From assembly GCF_022539665.2 (NCBI RefSeq), contig NC_081333.1, forward strand, positions 8,990,001 through 9,054,000: DNA of 64,000 bases, written 5' to 3'. Below, piece by piece: positions 47,249-60,555 of this stretch. The first letter of the stretch is position 1; every line of letters starts with the position of its first letter. Under the pieces are notes generated by a model, which saw nothing but the letters and a program-made list of their open reading frames with translations, had not been told where the DNA came from and made no database searches. This stretch comes from Daphnia carinata. Taxonomy: Eukaryota. A program made the position numbers and the translations under genes.

Positions 47249-50200
47249 ATGAACACACTCTGTCGTTTCCGAAACTTGGTAACTTTTCTCTATTTCCTTG
47301 ACATGTCATTGTTCACTGTTGAAAACAAACCTACTTTTAAAACTATCACTAGGGGCTATCAAGACCATTTGATATTATAAAAACTTATTCATCTGCCGCC
47401 AAGAAAGCTGGGGAGGGAGTTCCTTATCAAACCGTTTTGAAGGATGGCTCAATCTCTGAGCAGATACTGCCAACTGAGGCAGATGTGGTAGTATTGGGTA
47501 TATTTATTCACATTCTCTGTATCAGTAGGTTTTTTTTACAAACTTAATCTTGTAAAAATGTGTGCCTATATTCATGAAAACAGGTGGTGGTAGCATTGGT
47601 TGTAATACATTGTACCACCTAACAAAACTTGGTGTCAAGAATGCTGTTTTACTGGAAAGAAACCACCTCACAAGTGGCACAACATGGCACACAGGTATTT
47701 TTTTTTCCTTTATAAAATCATATTTATTCTAACCATTTACCAATTGTTATTTAATTTTTTGACAGCTGGCTTAGTTTGGAGGTATGATCATACCAAGCAA
47801 AAAGTTAGACACTTTCAAAAGTTATTTACAACCTATGGTACAATTTAAAACTAAAGATTGTGGCCATCAGATGTTGATGTCCGTCTCCTTGCTTACACTC
47901 ACCAGCTTTTGCAAAGTTTAGAAGAAGAAACTGGAGTTGATCCAGGATATATTGTGAATGGTGGATTATTTGTGGCCTCATCTAAAGTAAGACTTTCTTG
48001 CTCTTTAAATTCTAAACGATCTTATGCGAATTTCCAATAATCAGGAACGACTCGACGAGTATAAGCGCCTTCAGACGCTTGGCAAAGCCTTTGGGATCGA
48101 ATCGTTTGTTCTCGGGCCCGATGAAACGAAAAAACTCTACCCTCTTATGAACGTCGACGATGTCTATGGAACACTGTATAGGTATGCATAGAACACCTTT
48201 CAAAACAATAAAAATTTCTTACAGCATTGAATTACACAGCCCTCGAGATGGTGTTGTTGATCCGGCCGGGTTTTGCACGGCCCTCACTCGTGCTGCCACG
48301 CGAGCAGGTGCCAAAGTTATCGAAAATTGTACGGTGACGGGAATCGACACAGATACTACCTTATTTGGTAGCCGTCAAGTTTCTGCCGTTCACACCGATA
48401 AGGGAACCATTAAAACAAGATACGTAGTGAACTGCACAGGTAATTCTGGCAAAAAACTAATAATAGCTTTTTGAAACAAACCTTAAGCGAAACCTTTTGG
48501 ATGATGCGAATTTCTAGGAGCTTGGGCGCCATATATTGGTGCCATGGTTGACGTGGCTGTTCCACTAGTTGTTACAAAGCACGGTACTTCGAAAAAGTGT
48601 AACAGTTTTGAACGAGTTAACGTCAATGTTTTATCTTCTACTAGCCTATGTGGTTACTGAAAAAATCGAAGGCATTTCTGGCATGCCGAATGTAAGAGAC
48701 CATGATTCGTCCATTTATTTCAAATTGCAAGGAGATGCGTTGTCTGTTGGGGGATACGAAAGTGACCCAATCTTTATTGACAAAGTCAGTCTGTATTCAA
48801 CTATATAGTTTGTTTTCCACTTTCCCTGACATTTGCTATTAAACAATTTACAGATATCGAAGGAGGAGGCGTTCAGTCTTTATGAACTGGACTGGGACGT
48901 TTTTGGTGTTCATATCGATAGAGCGGTCAATAGATGTCCTACATTGGCAACAACGGGTATTCGTTCGACAGTTTGTGGGCCTGAGAGCTTCACTCCAGAT
49001 CACAAACCTCTAATGGGTAATACTACTTATTCCTTTAGCGCAAAATTCCTATTGTTAATTTTTGAATCCCATTTCTAGGTGAGGAACCAACACTGAGAGG
49101 ATTTTACCATGGGTGTGGCTTTAATTCAGCTGGCATGATGTTTGGTGGAGGATGTGGCTGGCAGCTGGTAATATATACTTGCCAATACTGATTAGCGTAA
49201 CGTTTTTCTAGTAAGCTTGAATTTTCCCATAGGCCAAATGGATAGTGCAAGGTCGTCCAGATTTCGATATGTTTAGCTATGATATTAGACGCTTCGCACC
49301 GGATTTAGCGTGGAACGCTGATTGGGTTCGCCAACGCTCTCATGAAGCCTATGCGAAAAACTATTCTATTGTTTACCCACATGATGAACCACTAGCTTCC
49401 CGAAAAATGAAAAGATCACCAATCGCTCTCCTGCTTGAGAAAGCAGGGTGTGTCTTTCAGGAAAGACACGGCTGGGAACGGCCCGGATGGTTCTCATCTT
49501 CAGGACTTGCTGCAGTCCAACCATACGATTGGTATGGCGCATACGGGAATCTAAAAAATGCAGATCAGGTAACTCACAATTGCTTGTTTCTCATAAAAGC
49601 CAAACAAAAGTTTACAAGTAAAATAATAGTAATGTTTAGCTATTAATTTTTTTTCCTTTATCTTTTAGGCCTACGTAGAGCGCTTAAAAGAGGACTACAC
49701 GTTTGGATTCCCAAAGAATCATTCCACAGTAACTAGAAAAATTCCTAGACCGCTAGAAACATAACTCATCGTTTTCAATTTTTTAACAGATAGAAGGCGA
49801 ATGCAAGGCTGCTCGTGAAAGAGTGGCTATCTTCGATGTATTTTTATTATTAGTTATCAAATTACTTTTTAATATTAATGTTATTTTGAAAGATGTCCTA
49901 CTTCGGCAATTATTATCTTATCGGCCTAGATGCCCAAAAGGCAGCTGATTGGATCTTCACTAACAACATGCAAAAGTCTACTGGCGAAACCAGCTACACT
50001 TGGTAAATTAACATATTGTTAGGACCATTAGCTGTTCGTCATGTTATCACTGTCTTTATCTGTAGCATGCTTAATGCTCAAGCTGGAGTTGAATCTGATT
50101 TGACTGTAAGTTTTATCGATGGCTCTTCAACTGCTTCCTGGGAACCTTCTTTTCAGGTGTCTTTAATTCGCATTGTTAAATTTTAAAACTGCCTTTTTAA

Positions 50201-51248
50201 TATTGCGTGATTCTTACAGGGAAAAGGTTTTTATATCGCAGCTGGTGGTGGGTCCGCGTACCAGTCTTTTACTCATATCCGAAAGGCTATTGAAGACAAC
50301 CGGTTTGATGCGAAACTGGTTAACCTTTCTGATAGCATATGTTTGTTGTCCATTCAAGGACCAAAAAGGTAAGCATTAATTGAAGCTTTTGATTTTTGGT
50401 AAGATAAACGCTTTAAATTATTGCTGATTTTTAGCCGTGAATTAATGGGAAAATTGAGCCCGTCAACTCGATTTACCAATGAAGATTTCCCATTTTCCAC
50501 ACACAAGTTAATCGATATTAAAGGCAACGTTTGCCGTGCATTGCGTATATCATTTGTCGGTGAAATGGGTAAAAATCTCTTTGTTAACCCATTTCTGGCA
50601 TGTCTTACCTACCTATGTTTACTAGGTTGGGAGTTGCACGTCCCGTCGTCGTCCGCTGTTGATGTTTACAAGGCAGTGATGGCCGCTGGGCGGGAATTTG
50701 GCATTGCAAATGCAGGCTACCGAGCTATTGACTCGTTAAGTCTAGAAAAAGGTTACCGTCACTGGCATATGGATCTTCGTGCCGAAGATGATCCCTTGGA
50801 AGCTGGATTAGGTTTCACGTGCAAATTGAAAAGTACGGTAGATTTTCTAGGTCGCAAAGCGTTGGAAGAAAAAAGACAAAAAGGATTGAACAAAAGAATC
50901 GCTGCGTTTGCCATAGAAGAGTGAGAAATGTTACAAAAAAATAAATCTAGAGACAATACTAATTTGATTCTGATGAGTCATAGGAAAGTGCCACTTTGGG
51001 GTATGGAAGCCATCTGGAGAAATGATCAAGTGGTTGGATACTTGCGACGAGCTGACTATGGATTCTCGGTTGGTTGCAGCATTGGTTACGGCTATGTTCA
51101 TAGCCAAAGCGAGAAAGAACCCATTACCACCAAATACCTTATGGAAGGAGATTATTTTATTGAAGCCATGGACGTCAAGTATAAAGCACGTATCCAGTTG
51201 AAACCACTGTTTGATCCAGAAAACAAGCGGGTCAACGGTTTCTACTGA
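47249..51248 (+). CDS. SARDH: Mitochondrial sarcosine dehydrogenase (GcvT/DMGDH family flavoprotein), about 20 exons
   Basis: FAD-binding ADVVVLGGGSIGC; covalent-FAD motif [88 protein letters not shown]-terminal [14 protein letters not shown]. Confidence 0.93.
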
Positions 51249-51405
51249 CAATTATCACACCATTCCAGATAGCGTTCTTTAAAAAAAAAAAGGAAATTTC
51301 ATTGAGTCCTGGGTAATACGATTAGGCTATATTTTGTTGCTTAACATTAATAACACACTAGTTATGCTAACCATAGATCACACATTGATAGAAGCTGTTT
51401 TGAAA

Positions 51406-52924
51406 TTAATCCATTTCTGCTTGAATAATGAAAGCAATATTTGAAGAATCTCCCTCAGGTTGATATTCCAAATGCCAACGTTTAGGATTAAACAGAACTA
51501 AAATATATATTTTTCAAAAGGTTTGAATTAGTACTAGTTGTATGCATAATTTCCTGTTTTAAACTGACCTATTTCACCCTCGAGTAAGGTAAGCTGAAGT
51601 ACTGGACATTCTGCTTCGCATGCCAGCTGGGGTAGGAGCCGAAGGCGATGAGATCCGCGTATTTGGGCCATCATTGCCAATCTGGTATGGAGCTTCACCT
51701 GGAAACAGCCTTCGGTTAGAGGTATTACGAGAAACAGTTATTCTGGTGGGGTTTGTTGTACCTGTTTGAAACGTTGGGCGTGATAATAATTTGAAATTAG
51801 AATCCAATTGTTGAAAGAGATATCAAAAGTCGCCGTTATAAAGTAGGGTCTTGTATAGAAACGGCGTCCTGTTTTAACACTTTTGCGACCACAGTTTTCC
51901 CTTTTTTTAAGAAAATCCAAGAGGGAAAAATGTAAACTGGTTTTAGAAATATTTTAGTGGCATTTTGATTAACTTTACCAATGAGCAAACCACGGTCGCT
52001 CAAACGGAAAACCGTGAACCTGTTGCATGAAATCCACTAGGTCCATATTAGACGGGAAAATGTTACTTTTCCATTGGCAGATCTTTCGTCCGGAATCATC
52101 TTGACGATACGCCTGTAAAAAGTATTTAACGATTGACAAAGTATTCGTTTGTAGAAATTACCTCAGAAATAGTGTCGAGCCCAAAATCGGGGTCGTTTAC
52201 AACTTTCCAATCCAGCGCACCATCGGTCACAATGACAGGAACCTCTTGGTTGATGTAGTTATCGATCAATAAGCGCGTTGATATATTGCTTACAGTTTTT
52301 ATGGGTCCAATGTCTTCGCAAGCCTTTAGCGTAATTAATCGAGTTAAGTAGATCATTTTAACACCATACCGTGTCTAACTATTTTGTATTGTTTTGTTAC
52401 TGAACAATCCGACTGCGACGGAGAATCGTCCTTGATAGTGAAAGTGTTTTCTATTAGGCAATCCCGATAGTAGTAATCGCTCCAATCCCAGTATGGAGTC
52501 AACTGCGTGAATTGATCGAATGAAACGCTTCATCAGTCTTAATAACCACCATGAGCTTATCACCGACCGTCCAGGCATTAGGTATGTGCATACACTTTAA
52601 CTTAATCTGTCGTTCAATACTAAACCAAAAAAAAAAATTTACCTGAATTAGTCCTATGCGTCCGAGGGCACGTAGGTGATAGTAGAACGGTGTGAAGGTG
52701 ACTAGGGCGAAAATGGTAACAAGAGCCAGAGTGGCTGCACCGGATACCTTGAGCAGGATGCGGCAATTTCGCTTCCGGATTTCGTTCCGCAGGTGGTTTT
52801 CGACGGGTGCGATCAGCTCATCAAATTCCTCTCCAGCCGGGTATTCTTCTAATACCTTTTTCATTGCCTGAAGCGGATCTACGCCACCCATACTACCGTT
52901 CGCATCCGTCTCAGCAGAGTTCAT
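51406..52924 (-). CDS. Single-pass membrane protein with a Cys-rich/cupin-like luminal region, resembling the C6orf89 (BRAP) family
   Basis: Hand-spliced open exons: N-terminal TM helix (VSGAATLALVTIFALVTF...ALGRIGLIQ), LTPYWDWSDYYYRDCLIEN, CSACEDIG...YINQEVPVIVTDG, PWFAHWENC...RRFYTRPYF, LRLLPQLACEAECP...LLEGEIVLFNPKRW...AEMD*. Gene structure is well supported; the family call is from memory. Confidence 0.6.
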
Positions 52925-55900
52925 CTTTCCGTTCTGGTCGGTTCTCAACTATCGCCTCAATGTGGCTATCCGTCCCCAGTATCACTTGGATTCCGTTTAC
53001 ACAGCACTAGCCCTAAACATGCGCACTACCCAGCATATTTTCATCCATCAGAGGTTTCTCATGCAAAGCCTAACTGCTCACGCGAAAACGCATTTGCAAA
53101 AGGATTCCAAATATTCATTGTTGACCGATGACAATGATAGTATATACCAATGAACACAGGAAACCATCGAAGATTTCCTGTGTTCATTCTTTAGAGTTTA
53201 AAAGTCTTTTTTTTACTTAGGACATTCTTTAGACTAAAATATGCTTCGGAAGAAACAAGAATTGACACGCAAGGTGCACTCATTTAACCCAACTGCTGTT
53301 CGTTAAAGATGTCATTTGTAAGCCTAGTAGGGTGTGCCTGCGGTAGCTGTTCTCATTTCTTGTGGCAGCAAATGAAACAGCGGGAGCGGCTTTAGGTCGT
53401 TAACGAGTCGTCGGCCCTTTTTTTTCCCTAATCGGTAAAGTCGTTATTTAACAGATGGTGGACTAAAGAAGAAAATCAGGCTAAAAATCTGTTTGGTAAG
53501 ACTGATTGTTCTCGGCCCCGTAAATTCTTTTGAGTAATTTTTGTTCTTCTTTTGGAAAACTAGCAAGTGACTTGGATGATTTGTTTTCTTTTTACTGTCG
53601 AAGCCGAATGAGTGTGTAGGGCCAGCCTACTAATCTTTAATCCTAACGACAGGTTTATCTGCTTCTAGTACTATGAAAGATTTAAGCAAGATCAGAGAAG
53701 AATGTCACGAAAAGAAAACGAGTTTGAAAAAATCGATCGTGACAATTGGAGATGAGAGCAACCAAAAAAAAGAATACACTGTTTGAACTTTTGTTTAGGG
53801 GAAGACGTTCTGATTACGGTTGGGTGGTTTCTTTAGTTCTCTGCTGCTTCCCAGCAAAGCTTCTGTTTACCCTGAAAAACAAAAAACAAAAACAAAAATA
53901 AATAATGATTGGATTTTCCCTGCTACATTTTCATGACCGACCAATGTTGCATAAGCGTAAATGAATAATACCGGTACCACTATGGCGTATCCTTCAATGT
54001 GTACTTCGCAGGCGACATTTATCACCGTGAGAAGTAAAATCAACGGCTGACCCGGTTCTTCGTCTTTTCTTGCCCAATAACAGCTGTTCTCAGTTTCCTG
54101 GTAGATCGAGAATATTTTTTTTGCGTTCTTTTTCAGTATGAAATAAGTGGACTACAGCAAAGCTTCATGAAGAAAATTGTGGACTTGAGAGACTCGTTTC
54201 ATTTGCGGTCGCTGATGATCGGCTGGAACCATCTGGCCAGCCGATTCCGCCCTGGTTCGCTCCTCCGCATACAAACTACACAGGTAGACCATGTAAGGCA
54301 CGATTGCACAGATCTATTTATATTCGTAGATATTCGGTCTGTACACACGATTGGTTTAACATTCCGCAATTATTAGGAAGCTGTGGAAACTTGAAGCGTA
54401 CAACGTGAGCTATATAAACGTCCCGATTCGTTGTTAAACGAATCCAATCAGCACTCGTTTTTCTTTTCTGACAACCATTAGATTTAAGAAATCATAATTA
54501 CTGTAATCATCGTGGTGTAAAAGAAACAAAATGATAAAGCAAACAAAGAGGTAGCAAATCGATTAGTGATGCCTTACACAATGCCGTTCAATCAAGCCAT
54601 TAAATACAGGATGTAGAAAATTATTCCATCAACATGTCTCACGGTTCAGCAGTGAAGAATGTGCCCAACGGGATCAACAACTGATTTAAAGTCCGGTCCA
54701 TAACATTTATTAGAATTTAACGTTCAGTGCTTTCTCGATGTAGTGCATAACTCAGTCCGTATTGGTGGGGTGCGAGAGGGCTTTGCTAACGGATCGATCA
54801 TCGTCACTCGGCTGAACTGCTTTGGGTTGTTCACTGCTTTTCACGTGGAAGACAATTTCCGTGTACTCCGTCACATTCTTTTTCTTTCAGATTCAAAGCG
54901 ATGAGAGAGTAAAACCGGATATCACATAACTTTAGTTTTATTATCACAAACAAGTACCGTGTTCGAATCCAGAGTAAAGCTTGACTCGACCCGTTTCCTC
55001 ATTAACATGTGATAGCAAACTGGATGTGCATGGTATACATGTAAAAACTTCCGATTATTTAGTAGATCCTTCTAATCTAATTGCCTCGACAGACATGTCA
55101 ACAACAAAAAATTATATCTACAGGCATAGCTTTAGGGAACATGTGCGACCACCACGGATCATTTACTTGTGCTACAAGTTTTTGCGCCCCTCGACAGCAG
55201 AATAAAGGAAAAAGAAGGACCTAGTAGTAGAAACGACTGCCTCTATTGGCTGTCAGAAAGGAAGTCAGCAAAGCTGTATTCCCATTGGTGGGCTAGTGCC
55301 GCCATAAGAGCCTACATGCAGAGTCCGTGTCTTCTGCAGTTCATTCGAGTCCCCGACGTCGGCTCTAGTGGTAGTGTTTCGGCGAGGTTATCAACTCCAT
55401 TTTAAAATTTTTTTTCTCTCGTTCCAAAACTTAGCGGGTTTTCAGTGTCTTCTTTCTCTATCATCGTGTGTGCGTGTGCCAGTGCAGTGTGTCAAACTCG
55501 TCATTCTGATTTATTCAAATTTTGGTCTACTTAAGACGTCTCACAAAGGTAATCATAACGGGATTTTTCCTGAGAGAACAAGATCGAGTCCGGTTGCTTT
55601 CAATGTTTTTGCAACGTGCACAGAAATCGATACGTATGTGTGTGATGAGGTCTTTCTTTTTGCACGCAACCTCATGGCTACCCATGCACGTGTTATTACT
55701 ACTGATTCTATACCCTCCTCCCGATACTGTCCTATTCAACACAATCGTGACCCCTCAGACTGAGAAACCCAAGTTTATGAGAAATTCGGATTGACATCTT
55801 GTATATCACATGTAACAAGATACTGCCCCCAGCCACTGGAACTTTTCTCGCATGTACGCTAAAAAAAAATGTGGTTTTAGTTCTAAAGAACAACACATGG

Positions 55901-56312
55901 TGGGTGTATTTTCTCGTGTCTTATTTTGTAACCCTTCTTATTCTTATCAGAATGAGGTTTGATAACAGAAGGCTTTGCGATATGCTGAGAAAACGGATGT
56001 TAGATGCGGTTAGTTGGTCTTAAACAATTTGGTATCAAGTAAAAAAAAAATGGATATTTAAAGTTCTAAGCAGTGAGGGTGAAATAACAGCTGCAAACAC
56101 GTGAACCCTCGGGCTCGGTTTTTTAAGAGCGAGAGAAAAAAGAAAAAAAAGGCCAGGGTGACTGGTTAGAATTATGGGTCTGGCGAACATGTGGTGTCGA
56201 CAAAGGCTCATTACAACATGCGTCATTCTTATCCTTTTATTATTCTTTTTGTTGTAGCAGTGTGAATTTTAGGACTAAATCCAATCTAGCCAAAGGAAAA
56301 TCCGAAAAAAAA

Positions 56313-59300
56313 ATGACGGGTCAGAACGGCCATTCATCCAATGGGGATGCGAACATCAGTGAGAAACCTTTGACAACGTGGATTGTCGGCCTTGTCAATT
56401 CTCGTTTGAAATACCTGACAGCGGAAACTTTTGGATTTAAAGTAAGACAAGATAACATTAAGCTGGTTAAGTAGCTTTGCAGTTTGCGTAATGAACCCGT
56501 ACGACTCGTTTATTTTCTAGGTGAACGCCAACGGCTTGACACTGAAGAAGAAGCAGCTGTGGACTCTGGAAGCCTTCGGCGACAACACCGACGCCGTCTG
56601 CTTACGATCGCATCTGGACAAGTACCTCTCCGTCGACCAGGTGATTGTCCTCTATTTTTCTTTTTCCCCGACCAACCGTCACCTGTTCGACCGGTTTTTC
56701 TCTAATATTGTTCTGTGAACTCTCTCCCTTTCTACGCAGTTCGGCAATGTAACTTGCGATGCCGAAGAAAAGGACAACGGAGCGCGTTTCGAGATCTTCG
56801 TACCCGAATCGGCTGCCGGCAAGTGGGCCTTAAAGCACCCGGAACGCGGATATTTCCTGGGCGCCTCCGCTGACAAGCTGGTCTGCTCGGCCAAGACCCC
56901 TACCGAGAACGAACTATGGTAATGATTGTAGTCAATAACAAATAATACTCTACGTGTTATAATGATGGCATTAACTCAATAATGGTTATGACTTTATGAA
57001 CCGCACCTGGCATGTAGACGTCACTGATTTGAAACATTTAAATCTTTAATAGGTTTGTTCACTTGGCTGCACGACCTCAAGTCAACTTGCGTTCAATGGG
57101 TCGACGTCGATTCGCACATTTGAGCGATCAAGGCGACGAGATCCACGTCGACGCCAACATTCCATGGGGTTCGACGACGCTCTTTACGCTCGAATTCCGC
57201 GACGACTCGCGCCTCTATGCCATCCACACGGCCAACAACCGTTACTTATCGCGCGACGGCCGACTGCTGGAGCAGTGCAACGCAACTTGCCTCTTTTCTC
57301 TTGAATACCACGCCGGAGCTTTGGCTCTACGCGATACCCAGGGACTTTACTTGGCCCCTCTCGGATCCAAGGTTTGTGCTTCCCTTCACATCTGTATTTC
57401 AGCGTTATCGATTTTTTGTCCCGTTTCACCCTACGTTTTGCCGAGTCGTCCTCCCCCATCATTTTACAAGATTGGAAAGCAGTGGTGAGAAAGAAGAGGA
57501 TTGTGCCTGTGGTGGGCTCATGTTATGCTCTACTCGGTTAAAAGGTTGATCGGTTTTGTCGGTCAAGAAAGAAGATAGTCTCAATAGGTGGCTGTTGCAT
57601 TGTTTACCATGGATTGTTTACAAAATAATGGGATTTTAAGACTGGGAAATGAAATCAGGACGAATAGTTAGGCACGATCGGTTTTCTTAATGTAGTGTAG
57701 ATAATAGATGATGTCAACTATTCATAAGGAAAAGGGCAAGTGTTTCATGGTGTTCTTTCTTATTTTGTTTCTCATATTGTTTTGACAGGCCGTCTTGCGG
57801 ACGCGTTCGACTTCGGTGACCAAGGACGAGCTGTTCACGCTCGAAGACTCGCTGGCCCAAGCAGTCTTTGTCGCCATGATGAATAGCCGTTATGTCTCCG
57901 TCAAACAAGGTAAATAAATTTCGGAAATGCACTTCATTCCTCGCATTTGATTGCTGTAAACATTTTTAAAGCGACTTGTCTAGAATGCGAGAAATAGAAA
58001 TAGAAGACACGAGGGGGTGGTCGTGGGGGAGCAATAGGAATACCAGACCGTACCTTATTTTTAAAAGAAAAATGTCTGTTTCTTTTGACTTGGTTCATAC
58101 GGCCATAACCATTAACCGGGTTCAAGAGGCCGTCTTTCAAGAGCTAGTCGCACTCAAGCTTTTTTTCTTTTCCCTAGACTAATCAATAGGGCGTCTGACG
58201 GACGTGCACGTGTTGGCAAATGGCGACTGACAGATGCAAGAAGGTAAAGACATTATTTCGGATCGATTTTCGAGGCTTCCGCGTTTCGTATTGATCCATT
58301 TCGTCCTCCCCCTCTGAACCACGTTTTTCCTCTTTTCCCCCTCCAAGTGTTTCCCTCAACAACAGCCAGAGGCCATCTTACTCTCCCCCCAACTGAAAAT
58401 TTAGTTTTTAGCGTCGTCTCGCTTCTGAAACATACTTCGAATTTCTCTGACTAGTTATTTAATATAATACTGTTTACGGAATTCACATGGTTCCATTCGT
58501 ACCATGAGACGACTGTACTCCAATGATACAAGTCGGATTAATGGCCGTGTGAAAGCGTCTGGCGTGACTGTATTTTTCTGCTGGGAGAAGAAGACGAACG
58601 TTATTGTGGCTAGTATTTTTTTTTTTCGAACTGTTAAGATAGGGAAAGAAATAGGAGCACGGAAAAGAAAAAATCCGACCACAATACGTGACTGGATTAG
58701 GTTTTTTTTTCGAGTGCATTTGGCGGTCGCGGAGGATTGCCACGTTGTTTGTGTTACACACCACCCCGTTCCGCATGCGGCTGGACATTACCGTAATTGA
58801 AATATATTTGAAAAATCTGTAGGTGTTGATGTCACGGCCAACCAGGACGAAATCTCGGACCATGAAACTTTTCAACTCGAGTACGATGTTTCGACTGGAC
58901 GCTGGTACATTCGAACGATGGGTGACCGCTACTGGACTTTGGAGACGGCTGGGGGCATCCAAGCGTCTTCCTCGAAAAAGTAATGTTGCGACTGTTCGTG
59001 TAGTGTTTGTGGCTAACCAGGGTATCTAATAGTTGTTCTTGTTAGGAGTTCAAACGCCCTATTCCAAATGGATTGGCAAGAGGACGGCTCGATTGGTTTC
59101 CGTGCCAACAATGGTAAATTTGTCGGAACCAAAAAGTCTGGACATCTGTTTGCCAACGCTGATTCAATCGATGAGTCAAGCAAATTCTTCTTTTACTTGA
59201 TCAACAGGTATATTTAGTAATTATTCACAAATGTTATTGACCTAGATGGCTGACAAATTGCTACTGCACTTCTTCTAGACCTATGCTGGTATTGAAATCC

Positions 59301-59693
59301 GAGCAGGGATTTGTTGGCTACAAGAGTGGCTCAAATTGCAAATTAGAATGTAACAAAGCTAACTATGAAGCCATCCAAGTGGAACGTGGGCCACTGGGTC
59401 TAGTCTTCTTCAAAGGTATTAAAAATAATTTTTGGAACTGTCATTCTGGTGACGGCTATTCATTCTTTCTTGTGTAACAAAAAAAAATAGGTCAGAGCGG
59501 TCGTTATTGGCAAGTAGGCTCTGATGGAATCACAGCTGACGGTGACACCCCCGAGGGTTTTTATCTGGAACTACGCGAGCCTTCCAAACTGTGTATCAAG
59601 AGTGGCGACGGTGCGTACCTAATGGCTGACAAGAACGGCGTTTTCACAGCCGGAAGTCGCGATTCTGAGATGGCCACTCGCTGGGAATTTTAA
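56313..59693 (+). CDS. sn: Fascin actin-bundling protein (singed)
   Basis: [114 protein letters not shown], terminal ATRWEF*; about 9 GT-AG exons. Confidence 0.95.
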
Positions 59694-60555
59694 CACGCAC
59701 ATCTTTCTTGATTTCTCTTTTGGCCTATTTGTCTTTTTTTTTTTATTTTTTTTTTTATTTTGCTGTTTTATTTTGTAGTTTTTTGTCGCTTATTTTCGTT
59801 ACACATTTTCCCGTGAAGTTGGTAACACCGTTTAACAGAACACATTTACAATCGCCGCTTTTTAATTACTTGCCATCTTTACCGGCTTGAAAAGAGGATT
59901 TAAAGAGATTCGCTTCAGTAATTGTGTGTAGGCACCTTGGAGCTATTCGGATTACTGCTTTTCATTCATGCGTCAGTAATCGGAACGCCCAAAAGTTTCT
60001 TAGAGGGAAGTATGCTGCTTATTGCCATGTACTCTGTGGGAATCAAATTTTTTTAAATCTTAAATTATTTCCGTTTATTTCTCGTTGTTTATATGTTCAA
60101 TTTCCAGCAATTCTAATGTACTCGCTTCCACTATACATACATACTACCATGCGCCAAAAGACAATGCTGCAAAAGAAAGGTAACAATGTTACAAGAAGTT
60201 TATCTCATAAAGTGTGATGTTTGTTTTTGCGCAGAGGAGTATGTTATGTTTTTTGGAGTGAGTGTAGTACTTCCTAACCAATCCTCACTTCCAATAAGCT
60301 GATACTTTTCGATTTAAGAAGCTAATGTAATTTATATTTTATAATTGGTCGTGTGTATTGGAAGTCACTTTTGGTATATTACACGAACATCTATACAACG
60401 AAGCCAATGTACTGAAAAGTGGGTTTTACAGCTGTTTATATATTGTTTTACCAACTAACACAAAGATCTTAAATTTCAGGTGTATTACTTCAAAAAACAA
60501 AGGATGGACAATGGGCGGGACTTCATGATTTCAAAACACATGATTGCTTTTGATT

